Program-made: the position numbers and the translations under genes
Notes under the pieces: model-generated
The model's database searches: none
What the model saw: only the letters and a program-made list of their open reading frames with translations
What the model was told of the DNA's origin: nothing
Assembly: GCA_036406615.1 (NCBI GenBank)
Contig: DASXAQ010000020.1
Location: forward strand, 16,608-80,607
Reading direction: 5' to 3'
Source of the DNA: Actinomycetota bacterium
GTDB taxonomy: Bacteria; Actinomycetota; UBA4738
DNA: 64,000 nucleotides
Shown here: one piece after another, positions 1-9,506 of the stretch
How positions within the stretch are numbered: position 1 is the first letter of the stretch
Layout of the letters: the number at the start of each line of letters is the position of its first letter

Positions 1-249
1 GCGCTGCTTGGAGCGGATCCAGTTCGCGGCTGGAACGAGCGTCGTGTCGTCCAGGACCCCGAGGAAGCGTCGAAGGAGCAGGTCCTCGGCGTCCATCGTG
101 ACGTTCGTTTCCAGCTCGCCCTTCCACCAGCCGCCCGGGCCCTGCAACGCGAGCAGATGGTCCCGCGCGCGCTCCATCGCATCCGACGCCGCGCGATCGG
201 TCCGGGCTCGCGCCTGGATGCCCTCGCCCGCGCGCTCCCGAAGCGCCAT
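1..249 (-). CDS. shc: squalene-hopene cyclase, N-terminal fragment (runs off the left edge)
   Basis: Not in the ORF track because it is partial. ATG at 249-247 overlaps the upstream stop (ATGA). My translation: MALRERAGEGIQARARTDRAASDAMERARDHLLALQGPGGWWKGELETNVTMDAEDLLLRRFLGVL..., a typical SHC N-terminus. It is the last gene of an hpnCDE-ids-shc order like the Streptomyces hopanoid cluster. Confidence 0.75.
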   Translation of the reverse strand, partial: MALRERAGEGIQARARTDRAASDAMERARDHLLALQGPGGWWKGELETNVTMDAEDLLLRRFLGVLDDTTLVPAANWIRSKQR

Positions 250-1271
250 CAGAAGTTCCTCCCCACGGCGAACGACGCGATCTCGCCGAGCTCGGCCACG
301 GGCACCTTCGCCAGGTCGGCTTCGGCCAGCGCGTCCATCGCGCGTCGCAGGTGTCGCTCGGCCAGCGATTCCGTCCAGGCGCGGCTCCCGGCGCGGTCCA
401 GCAGCTCCAATGCGCGGACGGCGCCGGCGTCGCCGGTGTCGCCGTCGCTCAGGATCTCGGCGAGCTCCCGAGCGTCGCTGCCGCCGGCCGCCAATGCGTG
501 CACCACCGGGAACGTCTTCTTGTGCTGGCGAAGGTCGCCCGCGGATGGCTTGCCCGTCACCTCCGGCTCGCCCCAGGTGCCGAGCAGGTCGTCGATCGCC
601 TGGAACGCGACGCCGACGTCGCGCCCGTACGAACGGAGCGCGTCGATCTGCGCGCCGGCCCCGCCGCCCAGGATCGCGCCCAGCGCCGCGGCGCACGAGA
701 TGAGCGCGCCGGTCTTGTTCGTGGCCATCTCCAGGCACTCCTGCTCGGTCACGTCCACCCGCGATTCGAATGCGAGGTCCTGCGACTGGCCTTCGATCAT
801 GCGAAGCGTCGCGCCGGACAGCTCGCGCGCCGCCCGGTGCGCCTCCGGCCGGTCGACGTCCAGCAGCACGGCGTACGCGAGCGCCGCGAGCGCGTCGCCG
901 GACACGATGGCCTCGCCGACGCCGAACAGCGCCCACACGGTGGGGCGGTGCCGCCGTTCGGCGTCCCCGTCCATGACGTCGTCGTGGATCAGCGAGAAGT
1001 TGTGCACGAGCTCCAGGGCGACCGCGCCGGGCACGGCGTCCTCGGCCGGCGCGCCGACCGCCTCGCCGGCCAGCAGCGTGATCGTCGGACGCAGCGCCTT
1101 GCCGCCGTCGGCGAGCGTCTCTCGCCCCTCGGCGTCGAGCCAGCCAAGGTGGTAGCCGGCCACGCGCGCGAGCGGCGGCGCCAGGCGCTGCACCGCGGAC
1201 TCGAGGCCGGCGCGGACGAGCGGGCGCGTTCGGGCCAACGCCTGAGGAACCGTTCCGGGGCCGGCCATCAC
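249..1271 (-). CDS. polyprenyl diphosphate synthase (FPP/GGPP synthase family)
   Basis: 340 aa ORF with both Asp-rich motifs (LIHDDVMDGD and FQAIDDLLG). 4-nt overlaps with both neighbours. Confidence 0.9.
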   Translation of the reverse strand: MMAGPGTVPQALARTRPLVRAGLESAVQRLAPPLARVAGYHLGWLDAEGRETLADGGKALRPTITLLAGEAVGAPAEDAVPGAVALELVHNFSLIHDDVMDGDAERRHRPTVWALFGVGEAIVSGDALAALAYAVLLDVDRPEAHRAARELSGATLRMIEGQSQDLAFESRVDVTEQECLEMATNKTGALISCAAALGAILGGGAGAQIDALRSYGRDVGVAFQAIDDLLGTWGEPEVTGKPSAGDLRQHKKTFPVVHALAAGGSDARELAEILSDGDTGDAGAVRALELLDRAGSRAWTESLAERHLRRAMDALAEADLAKVPVAELGEIASFAVGRNF

Positions 1272-2647
1272 GCCGCCACCTCCGCGGGGAGGCGCTCGGT
1301 TCGCCCGAGCGCGAGCATCGCGTCACGCGCCGCGCGCACGCCGCTTCGGACCGCGCCCTCCATGGTCGCGGGCCACCCCGTGTCGGTCCACGCCCCGGCC
1401 AGGAACAGGCGCGGGGTGGCCGTGCGGCTGCCCGGCCGCAGCCGGGCGGTGCCGGGCGCCTGCCGGAACGTGGCCGTCCGCTCTCGCGTCACGAGAAACC
1501 GTTCGACGCGGGCTCCTTCCGCGTTCGGAAGCAACGCGGCGAGCGCCGGCACGAACTCCGCCCGCAGGTCCTGCACCGACCGGTCCACGTACCGGTCCGC
1601 CCCGGACAGGCTGATGGCCAGGTACTGGCCCTCCTCCAGGCCGGCCGAGCCGGTCCGGTCGAACACCCACTGCACCGGTGAGTCGACGGCCGCCGCGAAC
1701 CGGAGCCGCGTGACGGGCCGGTCGTACACGACGTGGACGTTGACGATCGGGGACGCGCCAAGCTTCCCGAACGCCTCGGGGTCGGGGACGGCGCCCGGCG
1801 GCAGCAGCGACGACACGCGGTCGTTCGGCACGGCCACGATGACCGCGTCGGCCGGCACCAGGTCGTCCTGCAGGGCCACGCCCCGTACGCCGTCCGCGTC
1901 CGCATCGACCGCGGTCGCTTTCACGCCCAGCCGCACGTCGGCCCCCGCCGCCCGAAGCACCTGCAGCGCAGGCACCCCGTGCAGGTCCGCCAACGGGATC
2001 ATCGGAACCCCCACGTCGGCCGCGTCCGCGCGCTCGAGCAGCCCCGTTCGAAACACCTTGGCCGCCAGCGCCAGGCTCGCCTGGTCGGCCGGCAGGTTCA
2101 GCGTCGGCAGCCCGATCAGGTCCCAGAGCGCCGCGATGGAGCGCTGGGACTGCCCGCGCGCCGCCAGCCAGGCGCCGAAGGTCTGGCCGTCGGTGGCCGG
2201 GTCCCGAGGGTCGACTCGGCGCAGCGCCTGCACCGCCCGGATCGAGCGGACGCGGTCGGCCGGTGACAGGTGGCGGTAGCGCGCGAGCGCGGCGCCCAGA
2301 TGCAGCGGCGCCGGCAGTCCGTTTCGCGTGAGCCGGGCCGTCTGCCCGCCGGGCGACAGGACCGGAATGTCCAGCCGCGGCTGCAGGTCGGCCCGGTCGG
2401 CCGTCCCGACTCGGCGCAGGAACGCGAGGTAGGACGTGCAGCACCGCAGGAACACGTGCTGGCCGGTGTCGATGGTCAGCCCGTCGCGGCGAAACGACGA
2501 CGTCGCCCCGCCGAGCCACTTGTGGGCCTCCAGCAGCGTGACGTCCAGGCCGGCGTCCGCGCATGCGAGCGACGCAGCCATGCCGGCCAGGCCGCCGCCC
2601 ACCACCACGACGCGAGGCTGCCCTTCGTCGGGCCGGTCCACGCTCAA
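1268..2647 (-). CDS. hpnE: hydroxysqualene dehydroxylase HpnE (FAD-dependent oxidoreductase)
   Basis: Rossmann motif VVVVGGGLAGMAASLACADAGLDVTLLEA, amine-oxidase-like length, position after hpnD. Start uncertain: TTG 2647 or GTG 2641 at the hpnD stop is more plausible than the longest ORF start at 2695. Confidence 0.85.
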   Translation of the reverse strand: MSVDRPDEGQPRVVVVGGGLAGMAASLACADAGLDVTLLEAHKWLGGATSSFRRDGLTIDTGQHVFLRCCTSYLAFLRRVGTADRADLQPRLDIPVLSPGGQTARLTRNGLPAPLHLGAALARYRHLSPADRVRSIRAVQALRRVDPRDPATDGQTFGAWLAARGQSQRSIAALWDLIGLPTLNLPADQASLALAAKVFRTGLLERADAADVGVPMIPLADLHGVPALQVLRAAGADVRLGVKATAVDADADGVRGVALQDDLVPADAVIVAVPNDRVSSLLPPGAVPDPEAFGKLGASPIVNVHVVYDRPVTRLRFAAAVDSPVQWVFDRTGSAGLEEGQYLAISLSGADRYVDRSVQDLRAEFVPALAALLPNAEGARVERFLVTRERTATFRQAPGTARLRPGSRTATPRLFLAGAWTDTGWPATMEGAVRSGVRAARDAMLALGRTERLPAEVAA

Positions 2648-3516
2648 CCGACGCCTCCGGCCAGTGCCCGTGCCGCGACCCAACCCTTCTCCCACGCCGG
2701 CAGCGACAGCCGGCGCTCCAGGACCGTGCCCGGCGAGTCCTCGATCCGGTGGAGCAGCCGAACGTAGATCCCCGCCATCGCGCCGGCACAGGCGGCGCTT
2801 CGCCGGTCGAGGTCGCGCAAGAGGCGCAGCCCGCGGCCGAACCAGTCGCGCGCGCGGAACGCTTCGAACCGGATCAGGGCCGCGGTGCGGGGGTTCGACG
2901 GACCCCGAAGGTCCGATGCGGCGGCGCCGAACTCGGCCAGGTCTTCCTCGGGCAGGTACACGCGTCCGCGATCCAGATCCTCGCGGATGTCGCGCAGCAC
3001 GTTCGTCAGCTGCATCGCCACGCCCAGGTCGTCGGCGAGCGCCGCATCCTCCGACGGGCGACGCGCGCCGAACACGGCCAGCGACAGGCGCCCGACGGAT
3101 CCGGCAACGCGGCGGCAGTAGCGCTCCAGGTCGGAGAACGTCCGGTACCGTTCGCCGTCCAGGTCCATGCGAACGCCGTCGATGAGGTCGACGAACGCGG
3201 AGACCGGCAGCGGGAACTGCCGGCTCGCGACCCCGAGCGCGGCGAGCACCCGGTCGAGCGAGTCCGGCGAGATCGCGTCCAGCGACGCCTGCACCTGGTC
3301 GAGGGCCCGGCGCTTGTCCGGCTCGGGCATCGAGCCGTCGCCGATGTCGTCGATCCGCCGCGACATCGCGTAGACGGCGGCGAGGGCGTGGCGCTTCGGC
3401 GCGGGCAGCAGCCTGATGCCGTACCAGAAGTTCCGCGCGCGGCGCTTCGTGACGTCCTCGCAGTAGCGAACCGCGGCGCGTGCGTCGGTCCCATCCAGGC
3501 CGGTGGTCAGGTCCAC
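2644..3516 (-). CDS. hpnD: presqualene diphosphate synthase HpnD (squalene/phytoene synthase family)
   Basis: 290 aa. YCEDVTKRRARNFWYGIRLLPAPKRHALAAVYAMSRRIDDIGD is the typical HpnD N-terminus with the DxxxD region. Confidence 0.85.
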   Translation of the reverse strand: MDLTTGLDGTDARAAVRYCEDVTKRRARNFWYGIRLLPAPKRHALAAVYAMSRRIDDIGDGSMPEPDKRRALDQVQASLDAISPDSLDRVLAALGVASRQFPLPVSAFVDLIDGVRMDLDGERYRTFSDLERYCRRVAGSVGRLSLAVFGARRPSEDAALADDLGVAMQLTNVLRDIREDLDRGRVYLPEEDLAEFGAAASDLRGPSNPRTAALIRFEAFRARDWFGRGLRLLRDLDRRSAACAGAMAGIYVRLLHRIEDSPGTVLERRLSLPAWEKGWVAARALAGGVG

Positions 3517-3520
3517 GCGA

Positions 3521-4372
3521 TCAGCTCCCCCGCCCCAGGAGCTCCACCGCGGCGAACCACGCCCGGCGGGCGTTCGACGCGTGCGCGTTGGATCCGAACG
3601 TGTCGTACCCGCGCCGCTGCAGGTCGTCGAGCGCGGCCATCCCGCCCGCCGTGAACAGCCGGACTGCCAGTCGCACGCGCCCGCGCAGCGTGGCCGCCAG
3701 TGCCCGGCCTTCGGCCAGCAGGCCGCGCGTGCGTTCGGCCTCGAACGCCATGAGCGCGACGAACCGGCGGTCGCGAACGCCGGCCGTCAGCTCCTCGACG
3801 GAGTAGTCGAAGCGCGCCAAGTCCTCCAACGGCACGTACACGCGCCCTCGCGCGGCGTCCTCGCCCAGGTCCTGCCAGAACTCGACGAGCTGCAACCCCG
3901 TGCACGTTCGATCCGACAGCGCGATCCGATGCGGTCCGGCCGCGCCGACCACCAGCAGCACGAGCTCACCGACGGGGTTGGCCGACAGGTCGCAGTATCC
4001 CAGCAGGTCGTCGAACGTCTCGTATCGCGACACGGACTGGTCCCGCCGATTGGCCAGCACCAGCCGGTCGAAGGGTCCGCGCGGGAGGTCGCGTGCGCGC
4101 ACCGTCCAGGCGAGCCGGCGCAGCAACGGGTGCTCGGGACGGCCGCCGCCGTAGATGGCGTTCAGCTCGCCGTCCAGCCAGTCGAGCAGCGCCGTGCGAT
4201 CGCCGGCCGCGTCGTCCCCCAGCTGGTCCACGAGTCGCGCGAAGCCGTACACGCTCATCAGATGCGGGCGCACGTCGCGCGGAAACAGCAGCGACGCGAC
4301 CGGGAAGTTCTCTCCGCCGGCTCGACCCAGGATCTCGGCCGCCGCGGGGACATCGGCCGGGATCACGCTCAT
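3521..4372 (-). CDS. hpnC: hydroxysqualene synthase HpnC (squalene synthase family)
   Basis: 283 aa. GENFPVASLLFPRDVRPHLMSVYGFARLVDQLGDD is the HpnC signature. Lies upstream of hpnD. Confidence 0.85.
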   Translation of the reverse strand: MSVIPADVPAAAEILGRAGGENFPVASLLFPRDVRPHLMSVYGFARLVDQLGDDAAGDRTALLDWLDGELNAIYGGGRPEHPLLRRLAWTVRARDLPRGPFDRLVLANRRDQSVSRYETFDDLLGYCDLSANPVGELVLLVVGAAGPHRIALSDRTCTGLQLVEFWQDLGEDAARGRVYVPLEDLARFDYSVEELTAGVRDRRFVALMAFEAERTRGLLAEGRALAATLRGRVRLAVRLFTAGGMAALDDLQRRGYDTFGSNAHASNARRAWFAAVELLGRGS

Positions 4373-4821
4373 TCGCCGAGAACCTGGATCAGGACCCTTC
4401 GGTCCCGCGCTCGGTCCAGCTCCACGAAGAACACGCGCTGCCAGCGTCCCAACTGCAGCGTCCCCTCGACGACGGGAATCGCCTGCGACGCCGAGCCGAT
4501 CAGCGTCTGCTTGCAGTGGGCGTGGCCGTTCGGGACGTCGTGCTCGTCGTCGTCGAGGTTCTCAGTGCGAAGGGCGAGATCGTCGTGGCGGTATTCGCTG
4601 CCGGTGGGGACCAGTCCGTGGATCAGGTCCTCGAAGTCCTTCATGAAGCCGGACTCCTTCTCGTTGATCACGATCGCGCACGTGGTGTGCGGCGAATAGA
4701 CCAGCGCCATGCCGTTCTCCACGCCGCTGCGCTTGACGCCGTCGAGGACGTCCTCCGTCAGGTCCACGAACTCCGCGCAACGTTCCGTCGTGAAGTTGTG
4801 GTTCTCGAACAGCATCTTCAT
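4369..4821 (-). CDS. YjbQ/UPF0047 family protein (secondary thiamine-phosphate synthase-like)
   Basis: Internal start MKMLFENHNFTTERCAEFVDLTEDV... at 4821, preceded by GGAGG. HTTCAIVINE and GHAHCKQ motifs. Its stop overlaps the hpnC ATG (ATGA). Confidence 0.85.
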   Translation of the reverse strand: MKMLFENHNFTTERCAEFVDLTEDVLDGVKRSGVENGMALVYSPHTTCAIVINEKESGFMKDFEDLIHGLVPTGSEYRHDDLALRTENLDDDEHDVPNGHAHCKQTLIGSASQAIPVVEGTLQLGRWQRVFFVELDRARDRRVLIQVLGE

Positions 4822-4897
4822 GGCGGTCCTCCGCAGCGGTGGCCACGGGAAGGGTCCGGTCCGGCACTGGCCTCCGCCAATCGAGTATGTGAGGTGA

Positions 4898-5770
4898 CTA
4901 CCCGGTCGCGGTAGTTGTATGCGATTCTGCCCTCGCCGACGAAGAAGTGTCAAAGCCCCTGGGCTGCCTGGCGGGGCGCTCCAGCAGGGCCCGCAGCACG
5001 AGCGTGACGGCGCCCCCGATCACCCGCCAGCCGCGCTCCGCCGCGCTCCCGTCGCCCGGCAGGGGCCGGCCGACCTCCGTGGCCAGCTGGGACAGCACGA
5101 TTCGCAGCGCCGCCGCGTGTCCGGGCTTGCGTCGGAACGACCGCGAGGCCAGCTCCAGGAAGATCGGCAACCGGTGCTCGATCGCCGGGGCGAGCGCGGC
5201 GGCGGCCCCGGCCTCGATCGCGGCCGCGCCGGGGTCGGATGCCGGATCCGGCAGGGCGCCGGCCAGGGCCGCGCGGTACTCGGAGGACGCCTCCTCGGCG
5301 GCCAGTTCCGCCACGGTCAGAAACAGCTCCTCCTTCGACCGGTAGTGGCGGTAGAAGGAACCCTTCGCGATGCGCGCGGCCCGGCAGAGGTCGTCCACGT
5401 TCACCTCGTCGAAGCCTCGCCGCGAGAAGGCGTCCTTGGCCGCGCCGAGCAGCCGGGCGGACGGTGCCCGGCGCCGCGACGCCATGCGGGGAGCCAGCGC
5501 CCGGTCCCACATCTCGGGCACGAATGCCTCCGAGGCCTCCAGGTGCAGCAGCTCGGGCAGGATCCGCCGGATCATCGCCAGCGAAAGGCCGCGGCGTTCG
5601 CGAAGCGTTCGGATCAGCATGAGCCCGCGCACATGGCGCTCGTCATAGAGGAAACGGTTGGCCGCGACGCGCTTGGGCCGGGGCAGCAGGCCCTGGCGCA
5701 GGTAGTAGTGGACCGTGGCGTGAGGCACGCCGGACTCGGCCACGACCTCGGTGATCGTCAGGGTTCGCAT
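4898..5770 (-). CDS. dual-HTH regulator: N-terminal MerR-type HTH fused to a TetR/AcrR-type domain
   Basis: Start MRTLTITEVVAESGVPHATVHYYLRQGLL (MerR HTH). A TetR HTH follows about 110 aa later: FSRRGFDEVNVDDLCRAARIAKGSFYRHYRSKEELF. The track ORF's 334-aa N-terminal extension is an Arg/Gly-rich artefact. Confidence 0.8.
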   Translation of the reverse strand: MRTLTITEVVAESGVPHATVHYYLRQGLLPRPKRVAANRFLYDERHVRGLMLIRTLRERRGLSLAMIRRILPELLHLEASEAFVPEMWDRALAPRMASRRRAPSARLLGAAKDAFSRRGFDEVNVDDLCRAARIAKGSFYRHYRSKEELFLTVAELAAEEASSEYRAALAGALPDPASDPGAAAIEAGAAAALAPAIEHRLPIFLELASRSFRRKPGHAAALRIVLSQLATEVGRPLPGDGSAAERGWRVIGGAVTLVLRALLERPARQPRGFDTSSSARAESHTTTATG

Positions 5771-5851
5771 GACGGGCCGTCCACGAGGGGAGTCCTGGCA
5801 TGGTCTCACACAACTCTCGGCGGGCGGTAGGGTTGGGCCGGGAGGAACCGC

Positions 5852-6703
5852 GTGGCCGACGCCCCTGCCCTGATCACCGACTCGAGCGCCTGTGTCCCGC
5901 CGTCGTCCGTGGACCGGCACGGCGTGGCCGTCGTCCCCATCAGCGTGCAGATCGGCTCGTCCGAATACCGCGACGGCGTCGACCTGAAACCCGAGGCCCT
6001 GTACCAGGCCCTGGCCCGGGGGCAGTCCGTGAAGTCCGCCGCGCCGTCGGCGTTCGACTACCTGGACGCGGTGGAGGCCGGCGGCCGGCCGGCCGTGATC
6101 GTGACCCCGGCCCGGGAGTTCACGCACATGTACCGCAACGCGGCGCTGGCCGCCGAGATGGCGAGCGTTGCGGTCACGGTGGTCGACTCGCGGTCGGCCA
6201 CCGCCGGCCACGGCCTGGTGGTCATGGCGGCGGCCGAGGCTCGAGAGGCCGGCGGAGGCGTGGACGACGTGGTGGCTGCCGCGGAGGACGCCTCCGAGCG
6301 CGTCGACCTGGTCGCGTGCCTTGAGTCGCTGGACCACCTCCGCGAGAGCGGCCGCGTTCCCGCGATGGCCCTGGGACTCGCCAACCATCTCGGGCTTCGC
6401 CCCGTGTTCCGCATGCGCGACGGCATCGCGGAGCGCGTGGCGTTGCCGCGAAGCGAGCGCGGCGCGCTCGACCGGCTGGTGCGGAGCTGGCGCGATGGCG
6501 GCGGACGGGAATCCCCGCGGTCGGCCGTCTTTCACGCGGCGCGCCCCGACCGGGCCCACGAGCTGTCGCAGCGCCTGGGCGGGGCGACCTTCGTCACGGA
6601 GTTCAGCGCCGCCATGGGGATCCACACCGGGCCCGGGCTGGTCGGAGTCGCCTGGCTTCGGCCCGCGGACCTCGTCGATGCCGACGACGGGGACGGCCTG
6701 TAG
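5852..6703 (+). CDS. DegV family fatty-acid-binding protein (FakB-like)
   Basis: 283 aa. LITDSSACVPPS...VVPISVQIGSSEYRDGVDLKPEALY is typical DegV. GGGAGG lies upstream of the GTG. Confidence 0.85.
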   Translation: MADAPALITDSSACVPPSSVDRHGVAVVPISVQIGSSEYRDGVDLKPEALYQALARGQSVKSAAPSAFDYLDAVEAGGRPAVIVTPAREFTHMYRNAALAAEMASVAVTVVDSRSATAGHGLVVMAAAEAREAGGGVDDVVAAAEDASERVDLVACLESLDHLRESGRVPAMALGLANHLGLRPVFRMRDGIAERVALPRSERGALDRLVRSWRDGGGRESPRSAVFHAARPDRAHELSQRLGGATFVTEFSAAMGIHTGPGLVGVAWLRPADLVDADDGDGL

Positions 6704-6727
6704 GCGGCCCGGCGTATACTCGCCCGC

Positions 6728-7003
6728 GGTGACCGTGCTAGGCGGGGAGCTAGCGGTGCCCTGCACCCGCAATCCGCTCTAGCGGGGCCGAATTCCCGTC
6801 CGCGGCCCGCGTGGTCCGGGAACGCCCCGGGCACGAAGCGTCGAAGGCCGGGTCCCGCGCGACGCCAACTCGCGAACCCCGTCAGGTCCGGAAGGAAGCA
6901 GCGGTAAGCGGGCGATGGCGGGTGCCGCGGGGTTACCTGACCGGAGCTATCGGCCCGGTGTGCGGCCGAGTCGCGCGGCGTCAACGGCGGGTGCACGGTC
7001 ACC
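6728..7003 (+). ncRNA. ffs: signal recognition particle RNA, long (Bacillus-type, Alu-domain-containing) form
   Basis: Domain IV motif GTCAGGTCCGGAAGGAAGCAGCGGTAAG at about 6881-6908. The 5' part GGGGAGCTAGCGGTGCCCTGCACCCGCAATCCGCTCTAGCGGGGCCGAATTCCC resembles the B. subtilis scRNA Alu domain as I recall it. 11-bp terminal helix GGTGACCGTGC (6728-6738) / GCACGGTCACC (6993-7003). Canonical position upstream of dnaX. Confidence 0.8.
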
Positions 7004-7066
7004 ACTTCTTCCGGCCGCCGTCGAGCGGACCGGACGGCGGAGTCGGCGCGTGGGGAGTGGGCGCGG

Positions 7067-8905
7067 GTGAGCGACGAGACGTATCAGGCGCTGTATCGCA
7101 AGTACCGGCCCCAGGCGCCGGACGAGGTGGTCGGACAGGAGCACGTGGTGCGCGCCCTGGTCGGAGCCGTCCGGGAGGACAAGCTCGCCCACGCGTTCCT
7201 GTTCTGCGGCCCGCGCGGGACCGGCAAGACCTCGACCGCGCGCATCCTGGCCAAGATGATCAATTGCGATCTGGGTCCCACGGCGGAGCCGTGCGGGACG
7301 TGTGAGCAGTGCGTGCGTATCCGCGAGGGCTCGCACCTCGACGTGGTGGAGATCGACGCGGCCTCGCATGGCGGGGTCGACGACGCGCGCGAGCTGCGTG
7401 AGCGCGCTCCCACGGCTCCGGCCATGGGCCGCGAGAAGGTCTACATCCTCGATGAGGCGCAGCGGCTGTCCCGCGAGGCGTTCGACGCCCTGTTGAAGCT
7501 GTTCGAGGAACCGCCCCCGGCCGTGCGATTCGTGCTGGCGACGACCGAGCCGCACAAGATGCCGGCGACGATCGTCGGACGCTGCCAGCGATTCGACTTC
7601 CGGCGCATCTCGGTGGAGTCGCTCGCCGACCTGCTCGAGCGCGTCGCCAAGGACGAAGGGATCGAACTGGCGCGACCGGCGGCGGAAGTCATTGCGCGCC
7701 AATCCGAAGGGTCGGCGCGCGACGCGGAGTCGCTGCTGGACCAGAGCGCGGTCCTCGGCGCCGGGCACATCACCGAAGAGACGGTCGCGTCGCTGATCGG
7801 CGCACCCCAGGGCGCGGTGCAGTTCGAGCTCGCCGACGCGGTCGCCGTCGGCGACACCCGGGGCGTCTTCGAGCTCGTCGACCGGCTCGTGCAGGAGGGC
7901 CAGGACCTTCGCCATCTGACGGGACAGGTCCTCGGCCACTTCCGCGACCTGCTCCTGGTCCAGTCCGCGCCCGAGGAGACCTCCGCGATCGATGTCTCGC
8001 CCGAGGAGCACTCGCGCCTCGTCGCGCAGGCCGGCAAGTTCACCCCCGCCGAGCTGGCGCGGGTGATCTCGTTGCTGCTGGCGGCCCAGACCGACATGCG
8101 CTGGACGACCGCGCCGCGGCTGACGCTCGAGCTGGCCCTGGTTCGGGCCACGATCCCCGAGGCCGACCCCAGTGGGGCCGGGTTGGCTTCTCGGATCGAG
8201 CGGCTCGAACGGCTCGCCGGGGTCACCGATGTATCGGGCACTCGGCCCCAGGCCGGCCGGGCTCACTCGGCCGGTGAGCAGGCATCCGATCGGCAGGAGG
8301 TCGCCGATCCTGCCCCGGCCGGCCAGCGGGCGTCCACTCGGCAGGAGGTCGCCGGCGGTCGCTCCGCCGGCCAGCCCCCGCCCAACCCCGGCTCCGCGAC
8401 CGCCGCCGACCATCACGCCGGGACGCCTCTCGTAACGGAGGAGGCGACGGCAGGAGCTCCTGTGGCGACCGAAGAGGCCGCGGTGGAAGAGGCGTCGGCG
8501 GGGGTGCCGCATGCGGCGGATGTTGGGGCTTTGGATTTGGCGACGATTCGGCGGTCGTGGTCGCAGTTGCTGGATCACCTTCAGTCGGAGCGGCGGATGA
8601 TCCTTCGGGCCAACCTGGAGTCCGCGACGCCGGCCGCGTGGGACGGGACCACGCTCGAGCTCGCGTTTCCGCCGGGGCGCAAGTTCGCGGTGAAGAAGGT
8701 GCAGGAGAAGGACGAGGAGCTGCGCGCCGCGTTCGCGCACGTGTTCGGCGTCGCACCCGCGTTTCGATGCGAGGCGCGCGACGAGGTGCCCGGGATGGTG
8801 ATCCTGGAGGACGAGGAGGAGCCGCCGTCCGCGGAGGACGCGATCGCGCGCCTGAAGGCCGAGCTCGGCGCCGAGGTGGAGCCGGAGTCGGGGGAGGGGC
8901 CGTAG
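7067..8905 (+). CDS. dnaX: DNA polymerase III subunit gamma/tau
   Basis: 612 aa. YRKYRPQ...GQEHV..., Walker [10 protein letters not shown], zinc motif CGTCEQC, then a low-complexity linker and C-terminal tau domain. Confidence 0.95.
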   Translation: MSDETYQALYRKYRPQAPDEVVGQEHVVRALVGAVREDKLAHAFLFCGPRGTGKTSTARILAKMINCDLGPTAEPCGTCEQCVRIREGSHLDVVEIDAASHGGVDDARELRERAPTAPAMGREKVYILDEAQRLSREAFDALLKLFEEPPPAVRFVLATTEPHKMPATIVGRCQRFDFRRISVESLADLLERVAKDEGIELARPAAEVIARQSEGSARDAESLLDQSAVLGAGHITEETVASLIGAPQGAVQFELADAVAVGDTRGVFELVDRLVQEGQDLRHLTGQVLGHFRDLLLVQSAPEETSAIDVSPEEHSRLVAQAGKFTPAELARVISLLLAAQTDMRWTTAPRLTLELALVRATIPEADPSGAGLASRIERLERLAGVTDVSGTRPQAGRAHSAGEQASDRQEVADPAPAGQRASTRQEVAGGRSAGQPPPNPGSATAADHHAGTPLVTEEATAGAPVATEEAAVEEASAGVPHAADVGALDLATIRRSWSQLLDHLQSERRMILRANLESATPAAWDGTTLELAFPPGRKFAVKKVQEKDEELRAAFAHVFGVAPAFRCEARDEVPGMVILEDEEEPPSAEDAIARLKAELGAEVEPESGEGP

Positions 8906-8906
8906 G

Positions 8907-9500
8907 GTGTACGAGGGCCCGATCCAGGACCTCATCGACGAGCTGGCACGCCTGCCCGGCATCGGCCCGAAGTCGGCGCAGCGGCTCGCGTTCTGGCTGG
9001 TGAAGGCGCCCCCGGACGACGCGAAGCGCCTGGCCGAGGCGATCGTCGCGGCCAAGGAGAAGGTGCGGTTCTGCCGCGAGTGCTTCAGCGTGTCCGAGGG
9101 CGACCTGTGCCGCGTCTGCCGCGATCCCGGGCGCGACCCCACGGTGATCTGCGTGGTGGAGGAGGCGAAGGACCAGGCCGCGGTCGAGAAGACCTCCATG
9201 ATCAAGGGCCGCTACCACGTGCTGGGCGGCGCCATCTCCCCGCTGGAGGGCATCGGGCCCGACGACCTTCGCGTGCAGGAACTGCTCGAGCGCGTCTCCC
9301 GCGACGGCGTCGTCGAGGTGATCCTGGCGACGAACCCCAATCTCGAAGGCAACGCAACGGCCATGTACGTGGCCGGGCTGATCAAGCCGTTGGGGGTGAC
9401 GGTCACGCGGCTGGCGTTCGGCCTTCCGGTCGGCGGCGATCTCGAATACGCGGACGAGGTGACCCTGGGCCAGGCGCTCGAGGGTCGCCGGGAGATGTAG
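8907..9500 (+). CDS. recR: recombination protein RecR
   Basis: 197 aa. [23 protein letters not shown] (HhH), a Cys4 zinc finger [16 protein letters not shown], and a Toprim region. GGGGAGGGG RBS. Confidence 0.95.
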   Translation: MYEGPIQDLIDELARLPGIGPKSAQRLAFWLVKAPPDDAKRLAEAIVAAKEKVRFCRECFSVSEGDLCRVCRDPGRDPTVICVVEEAKDQAAVEKTSMIKGRYHVLGGAISPLEGIGPDDLRVQELLERVSRDGVVEVILATNPNLEGNATAMYVAGLIKPLGVTVTRLAFGLPVGGDLEYADEVTLGQALEGRREM

Positions 9501-9506
9501 CCGGGC

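Noticed and set aside
5771-6772. N-terminal 334 aa of the 624-aa ORF 4898-6772
   Set aside because: It is Arg/Gly/His-rich and antisense to the DegV gene. The regulator's MerR HTH begins at the internal Met (5770).
7067-8905. Programmed frameshift site for a gamma subunit in dnaX
   Set aside because: I noticed no A-rich slippery heptamer (A AAA AAG type) in this GC-rich gene. The repeated CGGCAGGAGGTCGCCG (about 8290 and about 8340) is just a low-complexity linker repeat.
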